From positions 20,236 to 84,235 of IMG/VR virus record IMGVR_UViG_3300021197_001521: 64,000 bases of DNA. One strand, written 5' to 3'. Position 1 is the first letter of the stretch. Every line of letters begins with the position of its first letter. Position numbers and translations under genes: made by a program. The stretch is from a virus. The notes below the pieces were generated by a model. It saw only the letters and a list, made by a program, of their open reading frames with translations, was not told where the DNA came from and searched no databases. Positions 25,805 through 35,635 of the stretch are shown here, in pieces.

Positions 25805-26234
25805 TTGATATCTCTTTAATTTTATCTATTGTAAACTCTTCTAATAAATAAGGTTTGTTGCCGCAAACTCTATATATGTAGTCAAAGTCTTCTTTGTTTG
25901 TAACAATAAAATCCATATTTTTAAATACATCAATCAATCTTAAAAGATTCTGTTTGTCTCCATCGTAAACATAACAGCATTGAAATTTGTTTATAATTTT
26001 TTTTATCGCATTTGCTTGCTTTAATCCAGAGACTAAAAGGAACCCTGTAAAGTACCAAACGTCAGTAGAATTAAATGCTCCTGATTTCATGGGCATTGGG
26101 TTAAAGTCTATGTCGTCGTAAAAAATACTAGAACTATCAACTTCGTTGTTTTCTACCGCCCTGTTGAGAAACTCAAAAACTTTTCCGTTAATTTCTGTTA
26201 GACCTAGACTTCTAGTGTAATATCCTATGTTCAT
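25782..26234 (-). CDS. Hypothetical protein, possibly a single GT-B-like Rossmann domain
   Basis: MNIGYY N-terminal strand and alpha/beta pattern; at the end of the glycan operon. Confidence 0.45.
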   Translation of the reverse strand: MNIGYYTRSLGLTEINGKVFEFLNRAVENNEVDSSSIFYDDIDFNPMPMKSGAFNSTDVWYFTGFLLVSGLKQANAIKKIINKFQCCYVYDGDKQNLLRLIDVFKNMDFIVTNKEDFDYIYRVCGNKPYLLEEFTIDKIKEISNEQNQAV

Positions 26235-26242
26235 TTTTCTTC

Positions 26243-26932
26243 CTAGTTAGTGGATGCGGCGATGATTGATTTTTGCCAGTTTATATGTTTAGAGTCGTTT
26301 GTAGACAAAGAGTTTTGTTGACCGTCTCTATATACCAACACAGTGTCTTTAAGGTTTTCAATCTTGCAACCTGCTTGCAGACATTTAGACCACAACATAA
26401 AGTCTTCTGAAATATGATCTGGAGATTCGTTGTAACCGCCTACTCCTAGTATCTTTTCTTTTTTAAACATTACTGTTGGATGATTTAGAAAATGGTCTCT
26501 ATAGTAGAAGATGTTTGGCGGAATTTTTTCTGGCATTATTCTTGACACGACACCTGTAGACATTTGTGAGCATTGACCACCAAGTATATCCACATCACCT
26601 TCTTGCATTTTGCGCAATTGTTTTTCTAGTCTATCTGGTGTCATAATATCGTCCGAATCAAGTCTTGCCACCAAATCATACTTACAGACTTTTAAACCTG
26701 CATTGAGTGCTACCGACAAATTCTTTTTACCTTCTTGTCTTTCGCACTTTAGTACGGTTATCTTTTCATGGTCATTTAATTCATTCAGAAGCTCTATAAG
26801 CTCTGGTACGTCTGATTGATTGTCTATGATAACTATTTCAAAGTTTTGTTCTGTTTGATCTAGAACGCTATCAATACATTGTCTCAAATGATTACGTGGC
26901 GTGTTATAAACTGGAATTAATACTGAGATCAT
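26243..26932 (-). CDS. Glycosyltransferase family 2
   Basis: ISVLIPVYN, IIDNQS, ARLDSDD, HPTVMF, GGY, SEDF. Confidence 0.92.
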   Translation of the reverse strand: MISVLIPVYNTPRNHLRQCIDSVLDQTEQNFEIVIIDNQSDVPELIELLNELNDHEKITVLKCERQEGKKNLSVALNAGLKVCKYDLVARLDSDDIMTPDRLEKQLRKMQEGDVDILGGQCSQMSTGVVSRIMPEKIPPNIFYYRDHFLNHPTVMFKKEKILGVGGYNESPDHISEDFMLWSKCLQAGCKIENLKDTVLVYRDGQQNSLSTNDSKHINWQKSIIAASTN

Positions 26933-27867
26933 GATTGCTCCTTAAAGTTTTCGTCTTTTAGAAACCATTCTATAGTTTCTTTTAGTCCTGTTTGTAAATC
27001 TGTTTCTGCTTTAAAACCTAGTCTTTCTTCTGCAAGTTTTGTATTTAGGCATCTTCTAGGTTGACCGTCTGGTTTGGAAGTGTCGTATTTAATTGTTCCG
27101 GTGTATCCCATCTGACTGGATATTTCTTCTACCAGATCTCTAATTGATATCTCTTGACCTGTCCCAATATTGATTGGTTCTAATGGTACATTTTTTTCTA
27201 TTGCACAGGCAACTGCTTTTGCGCAATCTGGTGCGTACAAAAACTCTCTAGTTGCTTTGCCAGATCCCCATATAGTAACTTCTGATTCTCCGTTCTTCAT
27301 AGCATTATAAAACTTTAGAATCAATGCTGGTATAACGTGACTACTAGTTAAATTAAAATGATCGTGAGGTCCATACATGTTTACTAAAAGTAAATTTGCG
27401 CCTCTCATGCCATACTGCTGCCCGTATAGCTCTAGCAATTTTCCTACCGCCTTTTTTGACACACCGTATCCAGCGTTCGTTTCTTCTGGATAACCATTCC
27501 ATAGGTCGTTCTCATTAAACGGAACCGGAGAGTGCTTTGGATAAGAACACACCGTTCCTAGAAAAATAAACTTTGGAACCATTTGTCTTCTCGCCGCTTC
27601 AACCATGTTAATTCCCATCATCAAGTTCTCGTACATGAACCTTCCGGGATTTTCTTTATTTGCTGCAATACCACCAACAGAACCAGCGGCATGTACAATC
27701 ACGTCTGGATTGTAATACTCTACTGCTTTTATACATGCTCTATCTGATCTAAGGTCATAAACTTTTGATCCTATACCAGCAAAAGTATGATCTTTCAGAT
27801 TTCGTGGCAGGTGTTTCATTAGGTTTTTTCCTAAGAAACCGCTTGCTCCAGTAACTAGAACTCTCAT
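26929..27867 (-). CDS. fcl: GDP-L-fucose synthase / GDP-L-colitose synthase (Fcl/ColC family epimerase-reductase)
   Basis: VTGASGFLG, AAGSVGGI.AN, GTVCSYP, YGVSK, SHVIPAL, WGSGKATREFLY, KPDGQPR. Confidence 0.92.
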   Translation of the reverse strand: MRVLVTGASGFLGKNLMKHLPRNLKDHTFAGIGSKVYDLRSDRACIKAVEYYNPDVIVHAAGSVGGIAANKENPGRFMYENLMMGINMVEAARRQMVPKFIFLGTVCSYPKHSPVPFNENDLWNGYPEETNAGYGVSKKAVGKLLELYGQQYGMRGANLLLVNMYGPHDHFNLTSSHVIPALILKFYNAMKNGESEVTIWGSGKATREFLYAPDCAKAVACAIEKNVPLEPINIGTGQEISIRDLVEEISSQMGYTGTIKYDTSKPDGQPRRCLNTKLAEERLGFKAETDLQTGLKETIEWFLKDENFKEQS

Positions 27868-27868
27868 A

Positions 27869-29014
27869 TTATTCCTTATTTATAATGTCGCAAATTTTTT
27901 GAAGATCTTCTCTTGTTAGATCTTGATTATTGGGAACATAAAAACCAAACTTATCTACTAACTCAGAGTTTGGCATATTGTCAGATCTTCCTTTCCAAAA
28001 CGGTTTGTTTGCCATAGAACCTGCTATTAGCGGTCTTGTCTCTACGCCATTGCTTATCAAATTTTGAACAACTTCGTCTCTGTTTTTTGTTACAACTGGA
28101 TATGCAAAATTAGATACAAAACTTGTTATGGGGTTATCTAGACTCAACATGGTGTTTTTAATATTCTCCCAATAATACTGGAAGTTTTCTTCGCGCTTCG
28201 TAGCAAACAGGTCCAATTTATCTATTTGTGTAAGTCCTATATATGCTTGCAGGTCTGTTGCTCTAAGATTAAAACCGGGATAAAAGAAACTGTACAAGAA
28301 ATCAAAATCAGATATTTGGTGTTTGTTTTTATATTCTGCCTGCTTTTGCTTAGACCAATCTCTACCCCAACCGTGTGATCTCATAGAGTATATTAGATCA
28401 CTAATCTCTTCGTCGCTAGTGCAAATAAGACCACCTTCAATAGTGGAAAGGTGATGGCCGTAAAACAACGAAAACACAGAAACGTCACCAAATGTTCCAA
28501 GGTATTGGTCTTGATATTTAGAGCCCATAGACTCACAAACATCTTCTAGTATAATTATGTTATTGTCTTTGCATATTTCAACAATTTTTTCCATCTGAGG
28601 AACTAACCCAAGTACAGACACTAGTATTAATACAGAAGGGTTTTGCTCTCTGACTATTTTCTTAAAGTGATTTAGGTCTATAGAAAGATCGTGTAGATTG
28701 CAATCGCATAACTCTACATCCATTCCCAGCAACATGGGCGAACTTACGTCCGTTGCCCAACTTAAAGCGGGAGCAACTACTTTGTTGTTTCTAAGTCTCC
28801 CGCTCTCTTTTAGTGCTGCGAGCGCCAGAAGTATAGCAGAAGAACCAGAATTAACATAACATGTATTATTAACGCCTATCTTGTCGCTCCACTTGTCCTC
28901 AAATTCTAACGTAACCTTATTTTTTGTTAGAATAGGGGTATCTTCTTGTGATAACCAAGCAACAAGTCTTTTAATGTCATCTTTATTGATAGTATCAGAA
29001 ACAAGTTTTATCAT
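27869..29014 (-). CDS. colD: PLP-dependent GDP-4-keto-6-deoxymannose 3-dehydratase (ColD-like; DegT/DnrJ superfamily)
   Basis: VNSGSSAILLAL, EDVCESMG, SLFYGHHLSTIEGG (His where aminotransferases have the Schiff-base Lys), RSHGW, PGFNLR, ETRPLIAG. Start MIKL gives an ATGA overlap. Confidence 0.8.
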   Translation of the reverse strand: MIKLVSDTINKDDIKRLVAWLSQEDTPILTKNKVTLEFEDKWSDKIGVNNTCYVNSGSSAILLALAALKESGRLRNNKVVAPALSWATDVSSPMLLGMDVELCDCNLHDLSIDLNHFKKIVREQNPSVLILVSVLGLVPQMEKIVEICKDNNIIILEDVCESMGSKYQDQYLGTFGDVSVFSLFYGHHLSTIEGGLICTSDEEISDLIYSMRSHGWGRDWSKQKQAEYKNKHQISDFDFLYSFFYPGFNLRATDLQAYIGLTQIDKLDLFATKREENFQYYWENIKNTMLSLDNPITSFVSNFAYPVVTKNRDEVVQNLISNGVETRPLIAGSMANKPFWKGRSDNMPNSELVDKFGFYVPNNQDLTREDLQKICDIINKE

Positions 29015-29763
29015 ATCGTTGTCCAACTTTCAGGTACAATGTCTCCAGAGTATGTTCCATTCGCAAACCAGTTTTTAGGCGCAATAACCTTTTTATCAAC
29101 ATTATTGTTTAACCAAGCACCCCACCAACTAAATGATGAGTTTGCAATTATATTATGACTACAAAGAGACATAGAATATAGATCTATCGTGTTTGTTTGG
29201 TTTTCAGAAAAATACATATTGTTATATTTAAAGTTTTCTTTACACCATTTAATATCATCAGAAAAAACTAGTATATTTGTATCACTTTTTGTAATCAGAT
29301 CAACTGCCTTGTTGTAATAATCTAAAGTTTGAGACGGATGAACGTGACTTGCTTTAAGATAATCGCCTCTCCTTACATGCAAAGACACCGTTTCGTCTTT
29401 AAGGAAAGGATAGGTGTTCATTATATGATACTTTGTTTTATCGTTAATTTCAAGTTCTTTTCTTAAAGTATCTTTATTTTTTTCAAAGTATTTTTCAGAT
29501 TGCCAATATCCATTTAGGTAGCTATCATTAGGAATAGGTTGGTAGTGAAAATCGTCTTGAATTTCTTCAAAAACAAACAGGTGTTGCTCTAGGATTTTTG
29601 GTTTTAAATCAAAATCATACAGGGCAAACTTCCAACTACCTTTGTTCAGGAAGTAGGACGCTACATAGTAGCATTCGGTGTTGTGAATCTTAGCTGCTGC
29701 CTGAGATGCTGCCCACTGAAATAATTGATTACCCATGCCTCCCATCAAGTTGCATGTTATCAT
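29011..29763 (-). CDS. Glycosyltransferase family 11 (alpha-1,2-fucosyl/colitosyltransferase)
   Basis: GGMGNQLFQ, GYWQSEKYF, SLHVRRGDY, FSDDIKWC, IIANSSFSWWGAWL. Confidence 0.95.
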   Translation of the reverse strand: MITCNLMGGMGNQLFQWAASQAAAKIHNTECYYVASYFLNKGSWKFALYDFDLKPKILEQHLFVFEEIQDDFHYQPIPNDSYLNGYWQSEKYFEKNKDTLRKELEINDKTKYHIMNTYPFLKDETVSLHVRRGDYLKASHVHPSQTLDYYNKAVDLITKSDTNILVFSDDIKWCKENFKYNNMYFSENQTNTIDLYSMSLCSHNIIANSSFSWWGAWLNNNVDKKVIAPKNWFANGTYSGDIVPESWTTI

Positions 29764-30641
29764 ATCGCCTCCTTAGTTTTTCTTAAAACATCAAGTCTAC
29801 TTGCGCCCGAAAACGCTTCTTCAAAAGTTATAAGATTTTCTACATTTATTTCTTCGTTGTGAAATATGTTCATGTAGGCAGAGTATCTATGAAGCGCCCA
29901 ACCAGCATAGAATCTAGCAACATTTTCGTGTCCGTTTTCATGAAAATTCATACCTGACCCTACGCCAGCAAAATGTAGGAATTTTTTACCGAAGTCATAC
30001 CAAGTGTTCAGCAGTAAAAATCCATTATCATAACTTTCATTTTCATTAGAGCTTCCATAATCTTCTGTGTCTAGATAAAATATTTTTCCGTTGTTCATAA
30101 GAATATGAAAACTTACTGGATCAAAAAAATCTATAATTGGGATTCTATCTACAGGTTGACCTTGGCACATATTCTTTAGTGTGTCAAAATTAATTTCATC
30201 AGAAATTAAAGATTTATTCACCCCAATGAAGCATGTTCCTACAACGTCTGGCATAGGTCTGTGTATAGAATAACTTCTACGTGGACCAACTAGATCGTAA
30301 CCATCTTCTAGTTTATTCGTTATATCACTGAGGCATTCATCAATAAAAACAACATCGCTGTCAATTTGAACTATGTAGTCGTAACCTTCTGAATACTCTC
30401 TTATGACTTTTGCCCAAACATAAGCAGTTCCGCTATGACCAGACTTATAGAGATGTTTTATATTTTCATCAGTTTCAATATTAATAAATTTATTGTTCTC
30501 ATTACTTGGAATATCCAAGAAGTCTTCAGGTGTACCTATAATGTGAATCTTAACATCGTGAAATTTATGATAAGTTTCTATGCACTTGTTTGCTATCTTA
30601 CCACAATTATATGCTATTACGAATACAAAAGTATCATCCAT
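29760..30641 (-). CDS. Putative GT-A fold glycosyltransferase
   Basis: VFVIAYN N-terminal strand, QIDSDVV (DxD), late HFAG motif. Confidence 0.6.
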   Translation of the reverse strand: MDDTFVFVIAYNCGKIANKCIETYHKFHDVKIHIIGTPEDFLDIPSNENNKFINIETDENIKHLYKSGHSGTAYVWAKVIREYSEGYDYIVQIDSDVVFIDECLSDITNKLEDGYDLVGPRRSYSIHRPMPDVVGTCFIGVNKSLISDEINFDTLKNMCQGQPVDRIPIIDFFDPVSFHILMNNGKIFYLDTEDYGSSNENESYDNGFLLLNTWYDFGKKFLHFAGVGSGMNFHENGHENVARFYAGWALHRYSAYMNIFHNEEINVENLITFEEAFSGASRLDVLRKTKEAI

Positions 30642-31446
30642 TTATAGCCCTTTCAATAGTTTCCTTTAGCATTGGTTTTATATCATAATATTTTTTTGAT
30701 CTTTCGTAATTATCTTCTATGGCTGTAATCATTTTTGAGTACGAGGACTCATCTAGCGAGTTGCATTTATTTACAATATCTTTCGCTGAGTTTACAATAA
30801 TAAATCCGTCTGTATTAAAAAAATCAGAGATGTTACTAGCGCCATAGAAAATTGGAACCGTCTTTGTTACTAAGCAGTCAATTAATTTCTCTGTAAAAAA
30901 ATTATTTTGTCTTGTGTTTTCTATGCAAACCGAAAATTGAGAATCGAATAATGGTTCTTTTTTCTCTCCTATTTCTGGGTTATTGAATGGATTATTTGTT
31001 GCTCGTCCTCTGTTGCTAATGTAAAATGATTTTGGTATAGTAATTTTGTCTTGATTAAAATTTAACTCATGCCTCATAGCGTGACCCTCTAGCATCAACT
31101 TGAATCCTGTTAAGTGAGATACGCTAAAGTTTTTAGGAGGATGTTGATAGTCTTTAACCCACGATGTACCAAATGGAAACAAGTGTGCATTTGGAAGTTT
31201 TAGAAGTTTCTCGTCATAAGTCAATATTGCGTCGAACATATTTGCTCTAGGTAAAACGAACTGCACTATGTTTAATAGAACGGAAGGTTCTCTGGTTAGC
31301 AATATATTGGTACAGTCTTCTTCATTTTTATAACCATTAAGATCTTTATCAATAAAAAGCTTTATGGGTTTGTCGTGTTCAATAAGTAGATTTGGCCATT
31401 CGGGGTACATGCTTGAATTGACTGTTTGTAGCATTTTATTCTCCAA
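30634..31446 (-). CDS. GT10-like (alpha-1,3/1,4-fucosyltransferase-type) glycosyltransferase
   Basis: FSVCIENTRQNNFFTEKLIDCLVTKTVPIFYG matches the GT10 F...EN....Y.TEK......VP.Y.G donor-binding motif; also REP. Confidence 0.8.
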   Translation of the reverse strand: MENKMLQTVNSSMYPEWPNLLIEHDKPIKLFIDKDLNGYKNEEDCTNILLTREPSVLLNIVQFVLPRANMFDAILTYDEKLLKLPNAHLFPFGTSWVKDYQHPPKNFSVSHLTGFKLMLEGHAMRHELNFNQDKITIPKSFYISNRGRATNNPFNNPEIGEKKEPLFDSQFSVCIENTRQNNFFTEKLIDCLVTKTVPIFYGASNISDFFNTDGFIIVNSAKDIVNKCNSLDESSYSKMITAIEDNYERSKKYYDIKPMLKETIERAING

Positions 31447-32527
31447 GATAATTTCTCTTTGCTTTTAAAAATAATTTCTTTTCTATTTCAGACATGTAAT
31501 TAAACGTATCTAACAGCGAGTGCATTTCCCACAGTTTGGGATTTTTGTGAATCATAACCTCATGATGCAAGTGAAAAAGATCAACATCTATAGAGGGAAA
31601 CTCCACAGGTTGAATTGCTTCAATTTTATCCCAAAAGAATTTATCTTCCGGTGAATAACCATAAAAGAATTCTGGATCATAACCACCAACTTCTATAAAC
31701 AAGTCTTTACTAATAATAATAGAACCACCCGGAGCGCCAGTCTGAGGTATTTCTATACCATAAGAATCTTGGTGGAGTTGATCGACATCTGATTTTTTTA
31801 GTTTTATAATAGCTTCTGTTAGTTCTTTTGATAAATTTAAAACCCTTCTATTTGAAAAAGTTTGCAATGCACCAACACTATACTCTTTCAGATTCAAGAT
31901 AGTTTTTTCAAAGAAAGAGGTTTGAACTAAAATGTCTATGTCATGGAATAAATAATATTTAGCTTTGTTTGAATATTTGAACCCACAGTTATGAGCTAAA
32001 GATTTATTCATTAGTTTATTTTCAGACGGGATATGAATATAGTTTACTAGACCGCTTGCCTTTTCCTTGTGATTTGGTTTGTCGTTTTCTTCACACAGGG
32101 TGATGCAAATTTTTGCTCCAGAATTCTCTGCTGATTTTTTTAGATGTTCAATACACGGAATAACAAATTCATCTCTACCTCTAACTGGTAGTATCACGTT
32201 TATATCATATTCCTCTTGGTCTATCAAATCTATATAGCAGGTTTCTTTTATTTTTTCATAATCTAACCTACCGCTAACATGTAACTGAGAAAATAACATT
32301 TTATTTGATGACCTTTGTAAATAATCTTCTTTGTTTTTTAATGATTTGATTGTTTTTGATATCGAGATTAACTTGGTATCGGAGTCAATTATATTTATTA
32401 ATTCTCTATAGTATTTTTTTTCTGAATGACCTTTTGAGTTTCCTATTGCGTTTTGGCAGATTTCTTTTATTTGATTTCTGATTACAATGTCTTCTTTTTT
32501 ATCACTTTCTTTAAAATATAAAAACAT
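31436..32527 (-). CDS. Glycosyltransferase GT2/GT7C (galactosyltransferase-like)
   Basis: ILPVRGR, NKSLAHNCG, FHDIDI, GG...F..VGGYDPEFFYGYSPED, HLHH. Confidence 0.85.
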   Translation of the reverse strand: MFLYFKESDKKEDIVIRNQIKEICQNAIGNSKGHSEKKYYRELINIIDSDTKLISISKTIKSLKNKEDYLQRSSNKMLFSQLHVSGRLDYEKIKETCYIDLIDQEEYDINVILPVRGRDEFVIPCIEHLKKSAENSGAKICITLCEENDKPNHKEKASGLVNYIHIPSENKLMNKSLAHNCGFKYSNKAKYYLFHDIDILVQTSFFEKTILNLKEYSVGALQTFSNRRVLNLSKELTEAIIKLKKSDVDQLHQDSYGIEIPQTGAPGGSIIISKDLFIEVGGYDPEFFYGYSPEDKFFWDKIEAIQPVEFPSIDVDLFHLHHEVMIHKNPKLWEMHSLLDTFNYMSEIEKKLFLKAKRNYLGE

Positions 32528-33279
32528 TAAAATTCCACCTCTTTAAAAGAAGGTCTGCTGCAACATATTCTATGAACTTTTTCTTGTTCTGCCCCTTCAG
32601 TTCTGAACTCACAGGTTGGATTTAAATTGTTGTAAATATAAAGAACTTTATCGTTGTATTTGACTTTATCCCAACCAGCGATGTCCATAAGAGAAAATAC
32701 CTGAGCGCAGTCGTAAGCCATTGTAAACCATCTTCCATCATCGTACTTCATTGAGCTTAGTTCTGGATCTTGGTTCTTAATTTCGTGGAATAGTTTTGCT
32801 TTAAAACTTCTAAGGTGAGATACCCACAATGGCATTTGTCTTTTCAGCTCAAAGTGGTACTTACTAGGAAACGGTTTAGCATTACCTTCTTTTCCGTCTA
32901 CATATCTTGCTTGACCGTACATCATCAAGCAATTTTCTCTATTGTAAAAACTATTAATATATGACAGAACAAATTCGTCTACAAACCAATCATCTCCATC
33001 TAGTTGAACAACGATGTCTTCTGGGTCACAATCTTCGTTGATAGCTTTTTGATGATTATAAGTGGCGTATTTTCGTTCATCTGTTTTAGTGTAAATAATT
33101 TTATCTGGATATTTTTCTATATACTCTTGGCAGATGTCATCTGAATCATCAGAAGAATCATCGTTTACTAATAACACTTTAAAATTTTTATGAGTTTGAC
33201 CAAAAATGCTGTCTAAACTCTTTCGTAGATATTCTCCAGCATTTCTAAAACTTACTAATATCTTAAAATTATTTTCCAT
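32527..33279 (-). CDS. Glycosyltransferase family 2
   Basis: VSFRNAGEYL, VNDDSSDDS, QLDGDDW. Start MENNF has a GGAG RBS. Confidence 0.88.
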   Translation of the reverse strand: MENNFKILVSFRNAGEYLRKSLDSIFGQTHKNFKVLLVNDDSSDDSDDICQEYIEKYPDKIIYTKTDERKYATYNHQKAINEDCDPEDIVVQLDGDDWFVDEFVLSYINSFYNRENCLMMYGQARYVDGKEGNAKPFPSKYHFELKRQMPLWVSHLRSFKAKLFHEIKNQDPELSSMKYDDGRWFTMAYDCAQVFSLMDIAGWDKVKYNDKVLYIYNNLNPTCEFRTEGAEQEKVHRICCSRPSFKEVEF

Positions 33280-34156
33280 TAGATTCTCCAAATCTTTTTA
33301 TTATGTCTTGCGCCTTGTCTTGATATCCCGCATCTATCATTAATTGACAAACTCTATGTATGCATGTATGGTTAGACTCAATCTCTTGTTTAATTTTTTC
33401 AATAGAGACTTCTTGTTGATCCTCAGAGAATAGAGCTTTTAAAACTTTTATAAAGTCTTCATTTTGATCTTCGCGAGGTTTGACGGAAACTTTTTCGCAT
33501 CTCAGCATACAGTCAAAGAAAATCTGAGAGCAAACAAATTGAATATCTCCGACTAGCGTAACTTCTCTGTAATTTCTCGCGAGAGATGCTAGATTGTTTA
33601 TATTGCACTCTAGATCGAATTGGGAGTGTAAGTCTACACCAAAAATCATCCTATGATACTTCTCATTATTACTGCATATCTTTTCAAATTCTTCGCTGGT
33701 TTCAGTTGAAATAATGCAATTATCTATTTTGTAGTCTAGCATGGGTGGTGGATTTAGAAATACATCAATTCCGGGCATAATACAAGAGAATTTTATGTCC
33801 TTGCTCTTGTTGTTTACTAGAAAACCATATCCTTCTGAAAAGAACAGTGAGCAATTTACACCCAACTCTTTGATCTGACCCTCCAAGTAGTCTATTATTG
33901 TTTGATTGCATCTGCTGCAATTAACTACTAGGTTTATGTTTTTATTCTCTGATAGATATTTTAACAAAACAGGGTCTAGAATTTTAGCGTTTGCTATTAC
34001 TAGGTCCGGTTTAAATCCGTCTAAACAGTCGTATACACTTTCTTGATTTACATTCCATAACTTTACTTCTACGGAATCTACCATAGACAAGCACTGGTGA
34101 ACGTAGAAGTTTTGGGTTGACAAAATATCGTTGTAGTTTTGTATAAGTACTCTCAT
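33269..34156 (-). CDS. Hypothetical protein, degenerate GT-B-like
   Basis: MRVLI N-terminus, FKPDLVI, and C-terminal NHTCIHRVCQL resembling the HT...R end of GT-B/CgeB-like enzymes. Confidence 0.45.
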   Translation of the reverse strand: MRVLIQNYNDILSTQNFYVHQCLSMVDSVEVKLWNVNQESVYDCLDGFKPDLVIANAKILDPVLLKYLSENKNINLVVNCSRCNQTIIDYLEGQIKELGVNCSLFFSEGYGFLVNNKSKDIKFSCIMPGIDVFLNPPPMLDYKIDNCIISTETSEEFEKICSNNEKYHRMIFGVDLHSQFDLECNINNLASLARNYREVTLVGDIQFVCSQIFFDCMLRCEKVSVKPREDQNEDFIKVLKALFSEDQQEVSIEKIKQEIESNHTCIHRVCQLMIDAGYQDKAQDIIKRFGESNGK

Positions 34157-34896
34157 TTTTCTATCTCTTTCAGTGATTTTAAGTTATTTATTTTAAGTAG
34201 TGGTATTCCAGAATTTTTCATAACAGATATTTCTTTTGTTTTATTTAATTCATTTATTGCTTCAAATAGAAATTTATTTTTAAAATCAGGATTCGATATG
34301 ATGTCATAGAATTTTTCTATGGTTTCTCCACCTTTTAAAAACACCGATTCCGTCCAAAAATTATTTTTCTCTCCTAAACACAAAGATGTTAACTTTTGTT
34401 TTTCTGAAATACCTGAAACTTCAAAGTTCATTGTTGGATTCTTGTCCTGAACAACTATTGAAGATTTGCTGTAGTCAACTGTAGATAAAAATTCAGGTGT
34501 TAGCAAAAGATTACCAGAAACAAACAGAATTCTATTATTCATAGTGTTTCCAACGCACAGTCTGGCGCTTTCGCAGCAGTTTGAATTAAAATGAACTTGA
34601 TTTTCTATAACTCTAATGTTCTCATAATTAAGATTTTTTTTGACATACTCTGTTATTTTTTTAGACTCAAAACCTGCACACACGATAATCTCATAATTAA
34701 GCAGTGTTGCCTGTATTGTTTCAATTTGCCTTTCAATTAAAGTTTTATCCTTAATTTTTATAAGAGGTATAGAACCATAAGATTTCATTCTATACCCGTG
34801 ATTCTCAGACAAGATAACAACCGTTACGAAGTCTTTTAATCTTTTCTCCTCCCTATTCCAAGGTTTGGGAGATGCTATATGTCTTTTTTTTCTCAT
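34153..34896 (-). CDS. Nucleotidyltransferase-like protein (LicC/NTP_transf fold), degenerate motif
   Basis: VVILSENHGYRMKSYGSIPLIKIKDKTLIERQI vs canonical ILAAG.G.R....PK.L; IIVCAGF; FVSGNL in place of GD. Confidence 0.65.
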   Translation of the reverse strand: MRKKRHIASPKPWNREEKRLKDFVTVVILSENHGYRMKSYGSIPLIKIKDKTLIERQIETIQATLLNYEIIVCAGFESKKITEYVKKNLNYENIRVIENQVHFNSNCCESARLCVGNTMNNRILFVSGNLLLTPEFLSTVDYSKSSIVVQDKNPTMNFEVSGISEKQKLTSLCLGEKNNFWTESVFLKGGETIEKFYDIISNPDFKNKFLFEAINELNKTKEISVMKNSGIPLLKINNLKSLKEIEK

Positions 34897-34897
34897 A

Positions 34898-35635
34898 TTA
34901 TTTTACTTTAACGAAATAATAAAGATTGCGGTTTTTTGACTCAACGATTAACTGTTTTGTCATCTTGTCATAATCATTATACTCAGGATATGAACTATTT
35001 ACAACTCTTTTCATTATTATAGAACCATTTTTTGGCAATTCAAAAATCGCAGCGTTCTTCATTTGATTGTTTGTGAGGTCATCTATCATCAAAAAGACAT
35101 CGGAAGGAATTTGTGCATCATGTTCTAGTTTTACAAAATAACTTGCTTTTATCAATTTTTTAAATGCTTCAAACTCTTCTTCTTTCTTATCTTTTTTAAA
35201 ATGAAAATCTACATAGCAATGCCGAAACTTTTGCTTGAGATCATATAGTGCTGAGACGATTTCTTCTGCTTTGCCTTGGTTTTTACTAGATATAACAATT
35301 TTTATTTTGTCTTTGGGATAATCTATTTCTTTTAATTTTTTAATTGTTTCTAGTATTTTGGTATCATCATCTTCGGAATCAAATACAGCGATTCCAAAAA
35401 GAGGCATAACGTGATTTCTCGCAATATCCAAAGCGTCTTCTTCTTTAGAGAACTGCCAACTTTCTAATCTTTTTAGGTTACATATCCCATGAATTTTATG
35501 AGGATTGTCGGTTATAATTTTATCAGAAAACGCATCAAGTCTTCCTGCGCTGCATTTATTAGAATTAGTGTAGAAAATACAATCTTTGCAAGAAGTAGTA
35601 GTGGCAGGTTTATTTTCTTCTTGCTGTGATTTCAT
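34898..35635 (-). CDS. Hypothetical protein: Cys4 N-terminus plus GT2-like remnant
   Basis: CKDC-x8-C...C; ETIKKLKEIDYPKDKIKIVI resembles the GT2 N-terminus. Confidence 0.5.
   Translation of the reverse strand: MKSQQEENKPATTTSCKDCIFYTNSNKCSAGRLDAFSDKIITDNPHKIHGICNLKRLESWQFSKEEDALDIARNHVMPLFGIAVFDSEDDDTKILETIKKLKEIDYPKDKIKIVISSKNQGKAEEIVSALYDLKQKFRHCYVDFHFKKDKKEEEFEAFKKLIKASYFVKLEHDAQIPSDVFLMIDDLTNNQMKNAAIFELPKNGSIIMKRVVNSSYPEYNDYDKMTKQLIVESKNRNLYYFVKVK

Noticed and set aside
27869-29014. Perosamine synthase or other sugar aminotransferase call
   Set aside because: The catalytic Lys position is His (GHHLST), which fits a C3 dehydratase.
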